A stretch of DNA of 63,764 bases, filler included, from Conidiobolus incongruus B7586 (GCA_000697335.1; 25 parts of 25 records of this genome joined end to end with filler, not necessarily neighbours in it); one strand, 5' to 3'. Counted from the whole stretch's first letter, positions 11,122 through 27,048 are shown. Made by a program: numbers and translations. Notes: generated by a model from the sequence alone, not told the origin.

Positions 11122-12382
11122 TATTTTAATATTTGATTTTTTAAACTAATTATTAATTTCAAAAAAAAATATATAAAACAAATAGGAAAAAATATAGGTT
11201 TGAATTATATATATAATATTTTTTTTAAAATTGGTTATTTAATTTAATTATACTTAAATCAAATAATAATCAAAAGTCTTTTATTTTTGCATTAATAAAA
11301 TTAAACCATAAACTTTTTAAAATTTTTTAAAATTTACAAATAGCTTTTAAAAATAAAACATTATATAAATTAATAACTTATTGCTAGCTAAAATAATTTA
11401 AGATTAAGAAAGAAATTATTTAAAACTTATTAAAATCTAAAAAATTAATTTTAACTATTACTCTTTTAATTATTAATAAAGTGAAAAAATATATTGAAAA
11501 ACACCTTTTTATTTCAATTAAAGAATTATCAAAACACTTTAATATTAGTTATATAAGTATTTTTTATATATTAAAATCTAAATTAAAATTAATTAATAAA
11601 AATATAAAATTAATGCCTTATAATTTAATTAAAGGTTTGAAAAAGTTAAAGTAATTATTATTAAAAAAAATTATTAAAATATAGCTAGAAACTAAGGCTT
11701 TTATAATGAATTATTATAATAAATAAATTTTAAATATTTTTGTATAATCTTTTATTAAAATATAAATCAAGTTGTTGGATTAAGTTAAATTAACCCTCTT
11801 TGTAAATTTCTTTAAATAAATATTATATTAATAAATAAATGTTAATTGATATCATAGATTATAATTGTATTTGTTATTATTATTTAGTTCTTAAAATAAA
11901 ATCAATTAATAGTAATTTTTTTATATATTTTTTTAAATAATATTATCTTTAATTGTTATTCTTAATATAATTTAAAAAGACTTATTATTTTATATAATAA
12001 TTGCAAAAAATATAAAATTAAAATTATAAAAAACTTTCTAATCAAAAATAACTGGAAAAAATTACCATATCTAGTATATTCTTTATATTATAACCTATGT
12101 GATTATAATTGTTTTAATTAGTTAAAAAACCAGCTTATAAGAAAGAAAATTTTTTTAAAAAAATTTAATTTATTTGTGAAATATTAAATTTTAGTTTATA
12201 ATAAAAAAATTATTTTATAAATATTAGAACTTTGCTAAAAATATAACAAAAAGTTATTAGAAATAAAGAAAATTATTAATTTTTTATTATATATTTATTT
12301 TTTTATATTATATATCAAAATATTTATTTTTTTAATCACAAAAAATTCCTATAATTTAAATTACAAAGTAATAATAAAAAAC
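11122..12382 (+). mobile_element. mariner (DD34D) transposon relic
   Basis: 11981-12115 reads LIIL(H)(D)NC..34 aa..WKKLP(H)(P)VYS(P)(D)YN(P)CDYNCF. C-terminal IRTL...(W)QKVI..K.NY and right TIR aatcacaaaaaattcctataatttaaattacaaag. Confidence 0.85.
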
Positions 12383-12482
12383 NNNNNNNNNNNNNNNNNN
12401 NNNNNNNNNNNNNNNNNNNNNNNNNNTTAATTAATTAANNNNNNNNNNNNNNNNNNNNNNNNNNNNNNNNNNNNNNNNNNNN

Positions 12483-13997
12483 TCAAAATTACTTATTTAT
12501 TAAACTATATCTTAAATAATTCTTAATTAAATAATTTTAAATTAAAATAAATAATTTACCTATATTAGTTGATTATAACTAACTATTTTTGATTATATTT
12601 TATTAACTATTAGTTAATATATCAAAACCTAAAATTTAACCAAAGTGAGTTATAAATTTATATGTTTATAAGTTAAAAGTATATAAATTATAAAACTTAT
12701 ATATTTTTTTTGTTTTGTTATATAATATGTATTATAAAACTATTAAGCTAATATTTTAAAATTAATATTATAATACTTAAATCTCTCTTTAAAAAATTCA
12801 CTTATATATTAAATAACTTTATAATAAAGATAAATTAACTTGTGAGATTATTAGAATTACTAATATTAGCTAGTTTACTATAATTAGGGTTATTAAGAAT
12901 GATATTAAAAAAACACCTCAATTAAAACTTAAGTATATTAAAATTATAGATAATCATAATAAAAAATATATTTATTGATTAGTTAATATAAGTAAATATA
13001 ATATTATTATAAAAATACAACAAGAGTTACAAGAATATATAAGAATATTAGTTAAAACTAATATAGTTATATATATTTTACATTAGAATAAATATTATTT
13101 ATATTTTAAAAAAAACACCCTTAACTAAAAAAATCTTATTATAAAGTTAGGTGGGAATTTAAATATTAATACTAAAGTTGAATTAAAATTAACTAAAGTA
13201 AAGTTATTTAATTTAATCAAACAAAGATATATTTTAATAGATTTAATAAAAAAGTTAAATATTTTAAAAAAAGGTAAAAAACTATTTTATAACTATTATG
13301 TTATTATAACCTAAAAATATAATGATAGGTTAATTATAGTTTAGGGATCTATATTATCTTTAGGTATAAAATATTTTAATAAGGTTGATGGGAGAATTAA
13401 TACTAAGATATATCAAAATATTTTAAATAATAAATTGAAAAAAAATGTTAAATAATATAGGTTAAATATTTCTATTATTATTTTCTAACAAGATAATACC
13501 TTTTGTTATAATATAAATTCTATTACTAAATAGCTTAAAAAAACAAAATAATTATTATAAAATAACCTCTATAATTTTTTAATTTTAACCCAATTAAATA
13601 TCTTTAGGATTAATTAAAAAAAATCAATTAAAACTTTCCACTTAATAAAAAATTTAAATTAACTTTAATAATATATTCAAGAAACTTAAAATAATATTAG
13701 TTTTAACTAATATAAAAAGCTAATTAATTTTATACACTATAAACTTAAAAAAGTTAGAAAAGCAAAAGATAGATATACTAATTATTAATCTTTCTATCAA
13801 TATTAAAAATAGTAAATTTATAACTTATCTTAGATATACTTTTAATTTTAATATATCAATTAATAATTAATTAAATCTAACTCTATATAATATATTATAA
13901 ATAAATAATATATATTAATTACATAATCTAATATAAATTTATTTAAATTAGAATTAATTAAGATATTAATAGAAATATTTATATTTTTAATTTTATA
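12483..13997 (+). mobile_element. Tc1 (DD34E) transposon relic, near full length
   Basis: Colinear with 55363-56732; (Q)QDN(A), NPI(E)(H)L(W)D and VRKAK(G)(G)YT motifs are readable after reversing transitions. Confidence 0.9.
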
Positions 13998-15231
13998 NNN
14001 NNNNNNNNNNNNNNNNNNNNNNNNNNNNNNNNNNNNNNNNNTTAATTAATTAANNNNNNNNNNNNNNNNNNNNNNNNNNNNNNNNNNNNNNNNNNNNTAT
14101 TAGTTTAAATATTGCTATATTTATAATTATCATTAATATATAAAATTAAAAATTATAAAAAATTTCTATTTAATAAAAATCAAAAAGGGATATAATAGTA
14201 ATATTTAATAAATTATAACCTATATAACTATAATAATTTTGGGTAATTATTAAATCTTATTATGAAAATAATTATTATAAATAAAATCTAAAACTTTAGA
14301 AATAATTTTTAAATATTAAAACCTTATTAAAAATATAGTAAAAAGTTAATAATAATAAAAAATTTTGATTTTATATTTTGTTTTATTATTTATAAATTAT
14401 ATATTAATATATTTATTTAACTTTAATATTGATAAATTATTTATTATTTGGTAATAAATTTTAAAGATGGAAAAAATTTATCTAAAATTAAATCTAATAT
14501 AATATTATCAAAGATATGTAAAACATTAAACAATAAAATGATATATAATTTAAATTAAAAAAGAATATAAATATTAATCAAAGAATATATAAAATTAATT
14601 TGAAAATAACCAAATTATTATATTTTTAAATTTTTTATTATATTTATTTATTTAAAAATAAAAAAATAAAATTATTTATTAGTTGATTTGAAAAGTTTCT
14701 ATTATGGTGAAATTTGCAAAAAAGATATAATTTTTATAATTCTAATATTAAGATTTATATATATTAATTATAGGAAAAATACTTGATATGTTCTAATTTA
14801 TTTTATTATTGTGGATAGAATAGAAATAAGCAATAATTGACAAATTTTGAAAAAAAATATTTAAAAATGAAAGATATTCAATTTATAAACAGGTTAATAC
14901 TCAGCAAAAATGACAATTTTAATTTGATAAAAAATCAAAAAGGATAAATATAAAACATAATTTTTATAGTATAATAATAAATGATTCAAAATTATTATTA
15001 GTAAAATATAGGGTTATGATTTTAAATGAATAAAATTCAAAAGAATGTTTTTATGGAATATGGGTTGAAATAAATTTAAATTTGACAATGAATTGACATA
15101 ATTAAAAAAAGATTAAAAAGTTAAGCAATGTAAAAATATAGTAGTATTTAAAAAATAACTTTGAGTTAATAAATTGGCGAATTATATGAAAATTGACATA
15201 GTTACTGTTTGAATCTATAAGAATATTATAT

Positions 15232-16142
15232 TTAACACTTAAAGTATTGTTTTAACTGTTCTAAAGCTTTACCACGATGTGAAATGCTATTTTTTAAGGA
15301 TTTATCCATTTCAGCATATCTATAACAAGAGTTAGCAGAACAGATAATATTGTTTAAATTAATTACGTTTGATTAAATCCATTAGGTTGGAATACAGCGT
15401 CCCAACCAAAGTCTTTAGGCCCTCTTGTAGGAACGATTTTACCCTTTAAAAATGTCAATTGCCATGAAAATTATATTAAATAAAATACACTTACATCAGT
15501 GATTCCTTGGAAGACAACGGGCTGGGATTCTGGGCCTTCTGTGTAAGCAAAGGTGCAAATTGCCTTTGCTGAATAATCTCCAAAACCAACTAGCATTTTA
15601 TTTAAACCTGAATAAACTTAAATAAATTGATAAAATAATAAAATAAAATAATCAAATATACCATCATGGCCTAAAGTGTCCAAAAACCATTTACTATTTA
15701 CTCATTATGAAAAAAGAATTTATAAATCTATACAATTAAACTTACATATAAACACCTGGTAAACCACCCATAGCATTAAAGCTTAAAGCAGTATCTTCAA
15801 CGATTACAGGACCATTGACCTAATTAATTATTTAATATTAATTACATTTGCTTATATTCGAATTACCTTTTGAGCAGCTAATTTACATTTTTCAATGGCA
15901 ACATTTTGAATACTGCCTTGAAGTTCGGGTACTAAAATATCAATTTAGACTGTATCAATTTTATATTTAATGTCGAAATTACGGTCAATTTTTTGGTCAA
16001 CAATGTTCAAATTAGTTTGGCCCAAAATAGCTTGAACTTCCTTCAACTTATTCAAGTTTCCAGTAACAAAGGTCAAGGTTCTTTTACTCTAATTGCGATT
16101 TAACCATAAAAATTATTTTTATATGATAAATTATATTACCAT
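15232..16142 (-). CDS. ITPA: Inosine triphosphate pyrophosphatase (ITPA/HAM1), 8 exons, 185 aa; exons 16140-16142, 15983-16088, 15867-15931, 15746-15819, 15662-15693, 15495-15607, 15367-15443, 15232-15319
   Basis: Manual splicing at GT..AG (introns 47-54 nt) gives [98 protein letters not shown], covering the Ham1 motifs. Confidence 0.97.
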
Positions 16143-16959
16143 AATTGATTAAAGGTTAATATTCAAAAACAAAAGCAAATGAAAATTGATTTATGTCATT
16201 ATTCAATTATAGTTGGACCCTGTTAATTGAATATTATGGGATACGTAACCAATCAGGTTAAATATTTATAATTTGTATAAATTTAAATACAATAGTTGAA
16301 ATCAACTACGGTACTATCAAATAATAATATGATGACTGATATTCTATATTTTTAGACTTCTATCATCCTATTATTTTCAAAGATATTTCAGTCTAATTAG
16401 ATATAATATTAAAAGCTAATTTTCAATATAAGTTACTGGTTGTGCCAAAATAATTTCACCTTTAAAATTTTGCCGCTTTTTTATATAATTTACTCATATA
16501 TATAATAGTTTATTGCAGAAATGGTTTATTTATGTTAGTTAATATTAATATACTGTTGAAGCACAATATAAATGCTGTATTGAATAATCTAGTATTGTTT
16601 TTAAATTATGATTAAAAACATTTTTAACAATTGTTCCTCCAAGACCAATTCACTCAAAAAAGTTGAAATAAATTATTTTAATCCATTGATTTAAACCTAG
16701 ACTAAATATATTTTCCTTAATAAGAGAGTAAAAACTAAATAACATTTTATAATTTAAGGAAGTGATCGTTAATAAAAAATTTTAATATAACCCCAATTTT
16801 GAAATCTCTAAATTTCTCTTTGATAATATTAAATTTGATTTGTTTTATATAATGTTAGTAAAGAATATTCAAAGTATTTAATTCATAAAAAAGAAACGAT
16901 TATATTGCTTAATTTTTCTAACTTAAAAATAATCAAGGAAATTAGGAAAAAACATTGAA

Positions 16960-17300
16960 GGTTGTGTTGACAATAAGTTGTGACTTGGTGTCAATAATTG
17001 GGTAAAAAGCTGGATGTTATACTGGTTAAATTTACCAAGAGGTCAGAATATTTAGATCATAAACTAGATTACTTATATATCACAAATATCCAAAATGTCA
17101 CTATCAAGAGATTACAAAGATTGTGTATTCTCTTGTTTCTTGGCTTAATCGATAATCAATAAGTGATTACTTAAAGATTTGAATAATTAGTGGATTGTTG
17201 ATGGAAAAAGAATTTTTATTAAAATATTCTTATTTAGGGTTATATATTTAAGGGATTTTATGGATCATGACTAATCTTCCAAGGAGTTAAAGACCATCAT
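16960..17300 (-). mobile_element. Possible degraded Ty3/Gypsy reverse-transcriptase fragment
   Basis: Broken frames give YITLNKNI..NSFP..I and YRLSQETREYTIF..HFGYL, loosely resembling RT DYR.LN..T..D.FP / KTAF.T..G.YE motifs. Confidence 0.3.
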
Positions 17301-19849
17301 GAACAAAATAAGTATTATAGATTGTTAATAAGAATTTATGCTATATTGGTGAATTAAGAGTGATAACAACACCCAATTACATCATGAAAATGGCTTTACT
17401 ATCAAATTACTCATTTTTAACAAATTTTTTAATATTAAATTATAGCATGAAGTTATATTTTTTCATTTCCAATAATATTTTTATTATTAAAATGAGTTTC
17501 AGTTTAACTAATATCTTCTCTTCTACCAAGCATTGGTATTTTTATATAATTTATTTTATATGTCCTGAATATAAGGTTAAACTCTTTTTACTAAGTATTG
17601 CAAATTAATAATAATTATTGATCAACTATATATATTCTATGCCCAAAATCTTGTTTAAATGTAATATGTGACTAAAAGTATAGAGTAGTGATTATATTAA
17701 CTATGAAAGTAATCAGAATAAATTACAGTACTATTGTTACGGGATTATTCAAATATTATTAACTATAAATAATCTAGAAAAAATGAAATAAAATAACATA
17801 TTAACAAGTTAAAAAAAATAGATTAAGTGTAATTAGAAGAGAAAAAATTTTAAAATAATTATATTATTTAACAAAGCAAAAATTGATCAAACAAGAATAA
17901 TTTAGTAAAATTGTGTCCTAATTTTTTAAATATAATATATTAGACATAAAGTGGATATAGCTTTATATCTTTTACAGCAATTAAATATAGGCTGGGATAA
18001 AGGTTTGGACCAGTAGAGATATATTAATATATGTATATTGATTCGGATGCAATTAAGCCATGGATCAAAGAGTTTAGAAAACTATGTTTATCGATGCCTA
18101 TATAAGGTTTATACTCGACAACAATTGCTGGAGTTAGATATATATCTTTAAAATTGGACATCCCACCTAAAATCGAATATAAATGTTATTATAATATTAA
18201 ATTTCAATAACTGCATTTTATTTTTGTTTTACTTAATTGCTTACTATATAATTCAATAAGTATAAAAAATAATTATCACATATCTTTATTGATTTTTCAA
18301 AAGTAATTGATGGTATTAAATGAATGGATATAAGTAAAATATTTTGAAATATCTTTTAATATTAATAGTTTAGTTCAAGCAACTATAAATAAAGAGTTCG
18401 AAATATATAACCAGAAAATTACAAATTAAAAATGGAATGATAAAAAATATCAATATCTGTAATTTTTTTTTGAAATTTCATGTAAAGAATAATATTAGAA
18501 TCATGTGTTTAAATAATTTATAAATATATTTAATATATATATCATTTATTAATTATATATTCCAAAAAGACCTATTAGAATAAGTTTAATCAATAAAATA
18601 CATAGTATAATAAAAATAATTATTAAAACTATCTTGTATTTTATTTTAATCCTATTTTTTTAAAATATATTTATCACTTATTTTGCTATTTTCCAATTTT
18701 GAAAACAATGAAAATTAGTTTATAATAACCAAACAATAAGATATTATACCTAAACAGTAGAATATTTCATTAGTTTTTCAATATAAAAAAAATTATTAAA
18801 TTAATAATTTAAATTTCATTATAAGATATTAATAATGGTCTTAATTATGATATATTAATATAAATTTTATAATAAAATCATATTAATATTATTCTTTTCA
18901 TATATTTAGTTAAATATAGAGTGAAATGCAAATATAAACTCAACTTTGTAATTACTTTTACTTCCAAAAAAAATTCAAAATATATCATTCTTATATATTT
19001 TCACTAAGTGTTTTAATTTTTCATTTTATAAGTATAGTTCTTTACTCGGATAAGAATTTCAAAATAGATTTAATTATTATAAAATATGTTTAATAGATAA
19101 CGAATATATAATTGTTAAGATTAACAATGCTATATTTGAATTCATATAATATTAATATTGAAGAATTAAATATCAAATTTAATGTTTAATATTTAGATAT
19201 TAATATTCTTATCCAAGTTTTGAGCTTGATTGCCTAATAAACTTATTATAATGAAAAATTTAAATTAAATAATTTAAATAAGGATATTTATAATCATATT
19301 ATAGAATTTTGATATAATTTAAAAAATTAATAGTATTTGTATATAAAGATAGCTTTAATATTAAAGCTATAAATTCTTAATAAATTAAGTATATTAACGA
19401 AATAAAATAGCTAGATTATAGTTAAAAAATGGTAAAAATATTATTATTGAAAAATAATCTATGTGTTTTAACTAAAAACATATTATACAATATAAAATGA
19501 TAAATAAAATATTTTATATAAATATATATATTGGTTAAGTATATCTCTATTAATATAAAATTAATAATATTTTCTGCTTTTATTATATATTAATAAAAAT
19601 AATTCTATTATATCGAATGAAAGTTATTTAAAATGTTCGAATATTTGTTTAATTTGCATTAAATCTAACATTGAAACTTTTAGTTTTAAAAATTCTATTT
19701 AAAAGTCAAGTTTTTTAAACTGAAATACTAAATATAAAAAGTCTATTTTAGTTATTTATTTATAAATATTACTCTCTTGAATTAGTTATCAAGTTTAAAA
19801 TTCATAACTAATAAATTTAATAATGAAAATTGAACAAAAAATAAATCAA

Positions 19850-21050
19850 TAAAGTTTAAATCATTATTAATAAAGAAACTAAGCAATTACACAAATTAAA
19901 AAGATAAATTAATAGATAATAGATAAAATTAAATATATAATATAGAATTAATAGCCTCTTTTATTATTAAAAACTTTTTTCTATATTTTTAGTAAGTTTT
20001 AATATTTAAAAAATAGTTTTTATTTTTTAAAAACTGAAATTTAATATTTTACAAAATAGTTTAATTAGTTTACAGGAATTTTTTTTCTTGCAAGCTGATT
20101 TTTTAATTGTCTAAAAATATTATAATTACATAGGTTATAATCAGGTGAATATATTAATTATGGTAACTTTTTTTAGTTTGTTTATATAAACAATTTTTTA
20201 TAGCTTTAGCTTTATATATTCTATAATTATTATGCAAAATAATAAATATCCTTAATTTATATTAAAAGAATTATTCAAAAATAGTTTTATTTAAAAAAGT
20301 AATATATAGTTTATTATTAGTTAATTCTCCTTAAGATATTAAATAAGAAAACCATATACTATTATAACTTATTATAAAAATTAATATTTACTTATATTTA
20401 AATATCTATTTATTGGAATTTATAAAAAAAATTAATTTAGCTTAGCTTAATATTTAGTTTTATATTTAAATAAAAAGCTATATAAAAATATCTAAGATTC
20501 ATTAATTATAAGTATCTGTTATTTAAAATTTTGTTTTTAATTATGGCTTAATAAGTTTAATTTAACTATAGCTACTGTAGTTTTTTTTATGATTTTGTTA
20601 AATTATATGATATTTATTTTATATCTTTATTAATTAACCTAAGTTTAAGGTTAAATATATATAATATGTTTATATAATTAAAATTCAACTATTTAGCCAA
20701 TTTTTTAATTAAATTCAAAAAGGTATTTCTTAATATATTTTTTTACTTTATTAATAAGTGATAAAATAACAATAGAAATTAGTTTTAGAAATTTTGGGAA
20801 ATTTTTACATAATATCCCTTTTAGTTTTAAAATCACAAAACTAATAATATATGGTAATTTTAAATAAAACACTATTTTTATATTCTTTTTGTAAGATTTA
20901 AATAATTTAAGAGGATTTATGGAAAAGTTTTAAAGATATAAAAATAAAAGGCTTTATATTATTATTATTTAATTTTAATAAGATCAAATTTAAGTATAAA
21001 TTTTAAAATCAAAATATTTTAATAAAAAATAGCTAAAATTGAATATATAT
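19850..21050 (-). mobile_element. mariner (DD34D) relic, second subfamily
   Basis: Minus strand around 20125-20165 reads YSPDYN(P)C(D)Y; colinear with 43792-45110. Confidence 0.85.
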
Positions 21051-22389
21051 ATATATATATATAATAGTATTAGTGCTAACTAATATTCTTGTATAGTTTT
21101 ATAGTTCTTGTTATATTTCTACAATAGTATTATATTTGCTTATATTAACTNNNNNNNNNNNNNNNNNNNNNNNNNNNNNNNNNNNNNNNNNNNNTTAATT
21201 AATTAANNNNNNNNNNNNNNNNNNNNNNNNNNNNNNNNNNNNNNNNNNNNTAATGATATAAATACTAATTAATATTATTTTAATTAAATTTTATAAATTA
21301 ATATATTAACTAATAATAAATAAGATAAAATCAAATATTATTAGTTATAGTTAAATAATATATTTATTTCTATAGTTTAATTTAAGTTTATTTATTTAAA
21401 AAATAACTAGGTTATAAATAAATTTTTAAATTCTTTTAATATTTTAAATAATTTTTAATAGCTAGTGTATATTATAATATTAATCAATAAATTAGAAATT
21501 TGAATAAATATTAATAATAATAATCAAAATATTAAATAAAAAACATAACCATGTTTATCAAATATTTAATATCATTTAGATAATTAAATTACCTTCAAAT
21601 TTATAAATTAATTAGAAAAATATAAGAAAAAATAAATATCAAAATATCTAAAGAGTCGAAAAAATAATCTTATAATTAATATTATATATTTTTCATTATT
21701 AATAAATTAATTTATAGAAATTTTTGTTATTTTTTTAATAAATAATTAATATTCACTATAATAATATTGAAAGTTATAATAATAATGATAAAAAATAATT
21801 TATAATAAATAAAATTCAATTTATAAATCTTTTATAAAAATATTAGATAATAATAAAAAAATAGGAATTTTAAGCATCCTATATTTACTTTTATTTATAT
21901 ATATATAAAAATTTGTGGAATTTCAAATTAAAATATAAAAGGTTTAATAATTATAATTAAATTCTTGGAAAAACCTATATTAAATGATTATATTTAAAAA
22001 TTACTCTGATTATAGCTTTTGAATTAAAAAAGCCAAATAAAATAATTTGAGCTATTTTATAATAATTTCTATTATTATTTAGTTAGTAATAAAATACGAA
22101 TATTTGTTATATAAAATAGAGATAATTTAAGTATTAATTTTTAACAAATAATTTTAGGAAAAAACGTTATTATATAGATAATAATATTGATTAATTTTTA
22201 CTACTCATAAAATTATTGAAATAAGGAAATTAACTAGTTTATTTATTTTTTGGTGATTTATTTATAAAGAACTACAAAATTTATTTATANNNNNNNNNNN
22301 NNNNNNNNNNNNNNNNNNNNNNNNNNNNNNNNNTTAATTAATTAANNNNNNNNNNNNNNNNNNNNNNNNNNNNNNNNNNNNNNNNNNNN

Positions 22390-23523
22390 TTTTAATTTAA
22401 AAACCTGTAATTTTATAATTTATCTTTATTAAATATTAAAGGTTAATATTTTTATTAATAATTTAATAAATATATCTAAATTAATATATATTACCTTATA
22501 CTAATAAGTTATAGAACTAAAAATATAAATATCTCTATTAATATCTTAATCAATTCTAATTTAAATAAGCTTATATTAAGCAATGTAATTAATTGTATTT
22601 ATTATTTATTTTATATTATATAAAATTAAATTTAATTAACTATAAATTAATATATAAAAACTAAAAATATATCTAAGGTAAGTTATAAATTTGTGGATTT
22701 TAATATTAATAAAAAAATTAATATCTAATATATCTATTATTTGCTTTTCTAACTTCTTTAAGTTTATGAGGTATAAAGTCAACTAGCCTCTTATATTAAG
22801 CAAGACTAATATTATTCTAAGCTTTTTAAATATACTCCTAAAGTTAATTAAAATCTTTTACTAAAGAGAAAGATTTAATTGATTTTTTTATTTAATCCTA
22901 AAGATATTTAATTGGGTTAAAATTAAAAAATTGAGGAGATTATTTCATAATAATTATTTCGTTATTTTTAAGCCATTTAACAATAAAATTTGTAATATAA
23001 CAAGTGGCATTATATTGATAAAAAATAATATTTGATTTATTTAACCTATATCTCTTAATAGTTTTTTTTTCAATTTATTTTTTAAAATATTTTGGTATAT
23101 TTTAATATTAATTCCTCTATTAACCCTATAAAAATACCTTATACTTAAAGATAATATATATTTCTAAACTATAATTAACCTATCATTTTATTTTTAGGTT
23201 GTAATAGCATAATGGTTATAAAGTAATTTTTTATCTTTTTTGAAATTTCTAGCTTTTTTATAATATTTATTAAAATATATCTTTGTTTTATTAAATTAAA
23301 TAACCTTATTTTAGATATTTTTGGTTTAATTTTAATATTAATATTTCAACTCCTATCTAACTTTATGATGTGATTTCTTTAGTTAAGGATATTTTGTCTT
23401 AAAATATAAAAGATATTTATTCTAATATAAAGTATATATAATAGTATTAATATTAATTAATATTTTTATATAGTCTTATAATTCTTATTATATTTTTATA
23501 ATAGTATTACACTTACCTATATT
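22390..23523 (-). mobile_element. Tc1 relic (right end + transposase) inserted next to another copy's left-end fragment
   Basis: Reverse complement of the 55363-56732 family. Confidence 0.88.
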
Positions 23524-26500
23524 NNNNNNNNNNNNNNNNNNNNNNNNNNNNNNNNNNNNNNNNNNNNTTAATTAATTAANNNNNNNNNNNNNNNNNNNNN
23601 NNNNNNNNNNNNNNNNNNNNNNNATCATATATAATATAGCTATTTAACTTAAATATTAAATATATTATAAATTTATAATTTTCATTATAATTAAGATAAG
23701 ATTTAAAAAGAAATTTTGAATTTCAAAATATTAATGAATTTTAAATATTTATTTAATAAATAAGGATTGATATAGTTTAAATAATTTATATAAGTCATGT
23801 TATTTACCAAAAACTTGTTTATTAAGAATAATTAATATTTAATAATTTTATTTGGATTCCAAATTATTAATATTGTAATTTTAAAAATTATTGAATTTAT
23901 TAATTTATCTTCAAATATTTTATATCAATATTTTTTAAACAATAAATTGAAAAATTTTAAAAATTAAGTTTGATAAAAGATTTAATATTGAATGGAAAGT
24001 AATAACTAATATGAATTATTATTATTAAGTCATATTGAATTTATGATGAATTATGCATATTAAAATAATTATTCGAGTTTAAATTTTGATCGTTATATAA
24101 TTACATTATAACAGCTCAAAATATAAAAACTCCAATGTATTATATAGTTATATTAGTTTTATTATTAGTTTTATTATTCTTTTTACTTTTTGCCGCGAAA
24201 TTGTTAATCGATTTTAATATTTAATGTAATATCAAAATATAAATTTGGTATAAAAAAGTTAACTTTAATTACCACAATTTTAACAAAAATTTAGAATGCT
24301 CATGTACATAATTGAATTTTATTAATCATCAATATAATATAATATATTAAGTAAATCTAATTAGCTTATAAACGATATAATATCTAAAATGAAATATTTG
24401 GTTGTATAGCTGATTTTCAATTTGAAAATTCAAACTGAAATTTTGTTATTTATTTGTCATTATTGTTGAAAAATTATTAATTTAAAATATATGAAACTAG
24501 ATAAATATAATATTTAGGAATTTGACCATTTAAAATATCCATCAATTAATATATAAGTGCTATTATAAGCTTTTTAAAATATATGCAATAAAAAATATAT
24601 TGAAATTCGAACCAATTTTTAATAAGTTACCAATTATATTAATACAGTATTTGAACTTTATTTTTTCAAGAGAGCAGCAATATGATATATTTATACTTAA
24701 AATTCTATTACTACAATTTAACAAGAAAATGAATATTGTGGGGGGTTTAAACTCACTAAGGGAGAGGAATCCCGTAATCGGGAATAAAATACTAAGCAAA
24801 TAGCGGAAAAAGGTAAATAATATTCAAAAGGAAGAATAAAGTAAAGAGAATAGAGGTGAGGGTATATTTTATTAAAGCTGAATGGTTTAAATATTTTTAA
24901 CAAATTAAACAGTGGCTCATAAATTGAAATTTCTAGAATATTGCCAAATCTTAGGAAAAGGGATTGAGATGCCCCCATTTATATTCTTATCATAATTTTC
25001 AATCTCCCAATAAGTATATTTATATATCCATATGATAAAATAATATTTTAAGAATTGAAGTTTAAATATATTCAAAATATTGAAATCAAAATATATATTT
25101 ATAATATTAGAACAGTTAATATATCGTTTCAAAAAATTACTAATTCTACCATGAAAATGAAAAGAGCTATTTCAATATCAATTTAATTAAAAAAGGCAAG
25201 AATCACTTAAGAAATTCTTATTTTTATGTAAGGAGTTATTAACTAAACCATCAAAAATACATAAATTTTTCCATGATCTTCAATCAAAATACCATATTAA
25301 GAAATAGACAATAATTACTTAAAATTTTTAGTACTAAGAGTAGATTAGTTTAAAAAAGAATTGGAATAAGGTTGAAAATTTTGCTTATTATTTTACTTTT
25401 CTAAAATCAATGTATAAATTTAAAGACTAGATTTTAGGGTATACAGTGTCTATTAGAAATATACGCTAAGAATTAATGATTTCATACTGGAGTTCATTGA
25501 AATCATCCAATATGCAAACATATTCCTTTTCAATCTATATAATTCATATTGGTTAATCATTTTTAATTTTAACACCGTATCAATATTTTTAAAAAGAGAT
25601 CTCTATAATAAATCGTAAAAAGATAAAAATAGATGGATATATTAACTGAATAGCATTTATTTAATATCATCTTATTTTTTAGGACAAAAGGGCAACTTTC
25701 TGTTAACTTGAATTACTAGTATTTAGTACCACTTTTTTTAAAAAATATACTTTAAAAGACTAATAATAGCATTGGCTAATATAATAACCAGATCTTTCTC
25801 CATCGATATGTTCACAACTAGTTGATAAATGATTAAATAGATTACTTAATTATACAAGAATCCAAGATATTTTTGAATTATTGGTATTACTATGCTCTTC
25901 ATTCATATTTGGCAAAACTTGAATTGCTTAATTAATATTCGCCAAATGTTTTACAAAAGTTTGATTAGTTTAAGAGATGTCTTTTGCAATATTAGCTGGG
26001 AATCAAGTCTTATGTGCAAAACTTAATGTCTGACTTATAATTAGATGATTTTGATACATGATATGAGTTTTTATTTAATATTAACAAATGGTGTTCAAAA
26101 ATATTCTAATAGATTAAACTTTGACATTAAAATGATTAAATTAGAACGTGGTATTAAGTTAACAAAGTTTTAAAATAATAATTTTGACGCCTATAATAGG
26201 TTCGAATTCAGTTAAATATATATAATTCATTCCAACATAATACAATACGTCAATAATTTTAAAATGTAATAATAATACTGGGTGTGAGTATATAATTATG
26301 ATATGTAGTACTATTATTACTTACATTTCAGGGATTGAAACCAATCAAAATTTGGAATATTATTAACTTATAGTTTTAATGAAGGTCGGCGTAATTAATT
26401 GGGTAATATGATATTGATATGGGCATTAATTGAATCCATTAATAGTAATATTATTGACTTATTTAAAATTTATCGGATATTGTTCATAACAATGAGTTCT

Positions 26501-27048
26501 TTATAATATTCTAAATTCATATTTTAAGGTGATATATTGGTAAGTTTAAAAATGATTTGCAAAAAATAGAACAAAGAATCAAATGAGTAAACAATGATTT
26601 GAATATATTTTTTCTCCATCTCCATAACCGCTAAAATTAAAGTTAAGCTATTGAGGAAATACTGAATATAGCATACCATCTTCCCCTTACAAAACATTAA
26701 TAAGAGCACAAAATTAAAAAGATAAGTATTTGTATTTCCCATTATTCAAGTTACTCCTGAAAATCCAATGAGTTGTGATCAATTTAATTGAATTTAATTT
26801 ATTCTTTAAAATGGGTAAAATTGATTCATTGTATAAAATGCCACTGTAACCAAGTTCTTTGCTTCAATTAAACTTGCACTACTCATTAATTATAAAATAA
26901 TTACGACTAAATTTATTGATTGTTGCGCCATTTTCAATCAACTAATTCGAGTTTTATAAGTATTTAAACGCCTTGAACTCTCGTCTAATCTGTTGGTTTC
27001 TTATATTTTAATTTAATTAATTATACACGCAATAGCATAGATAAAGAT

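Noticed and set aside
17360..17608. 82-aa ORF (likewise 8088-8324)
   Set aside because: Low-complexity AT-derived ORFs.
24563..26742. Cluster of 67-86 aa ORFs
   Set aside because: I/F/L/N/K-rich translations expected from AT-rich DNA, with no motifs or consistent splice pattern; at most a decayed remnant.
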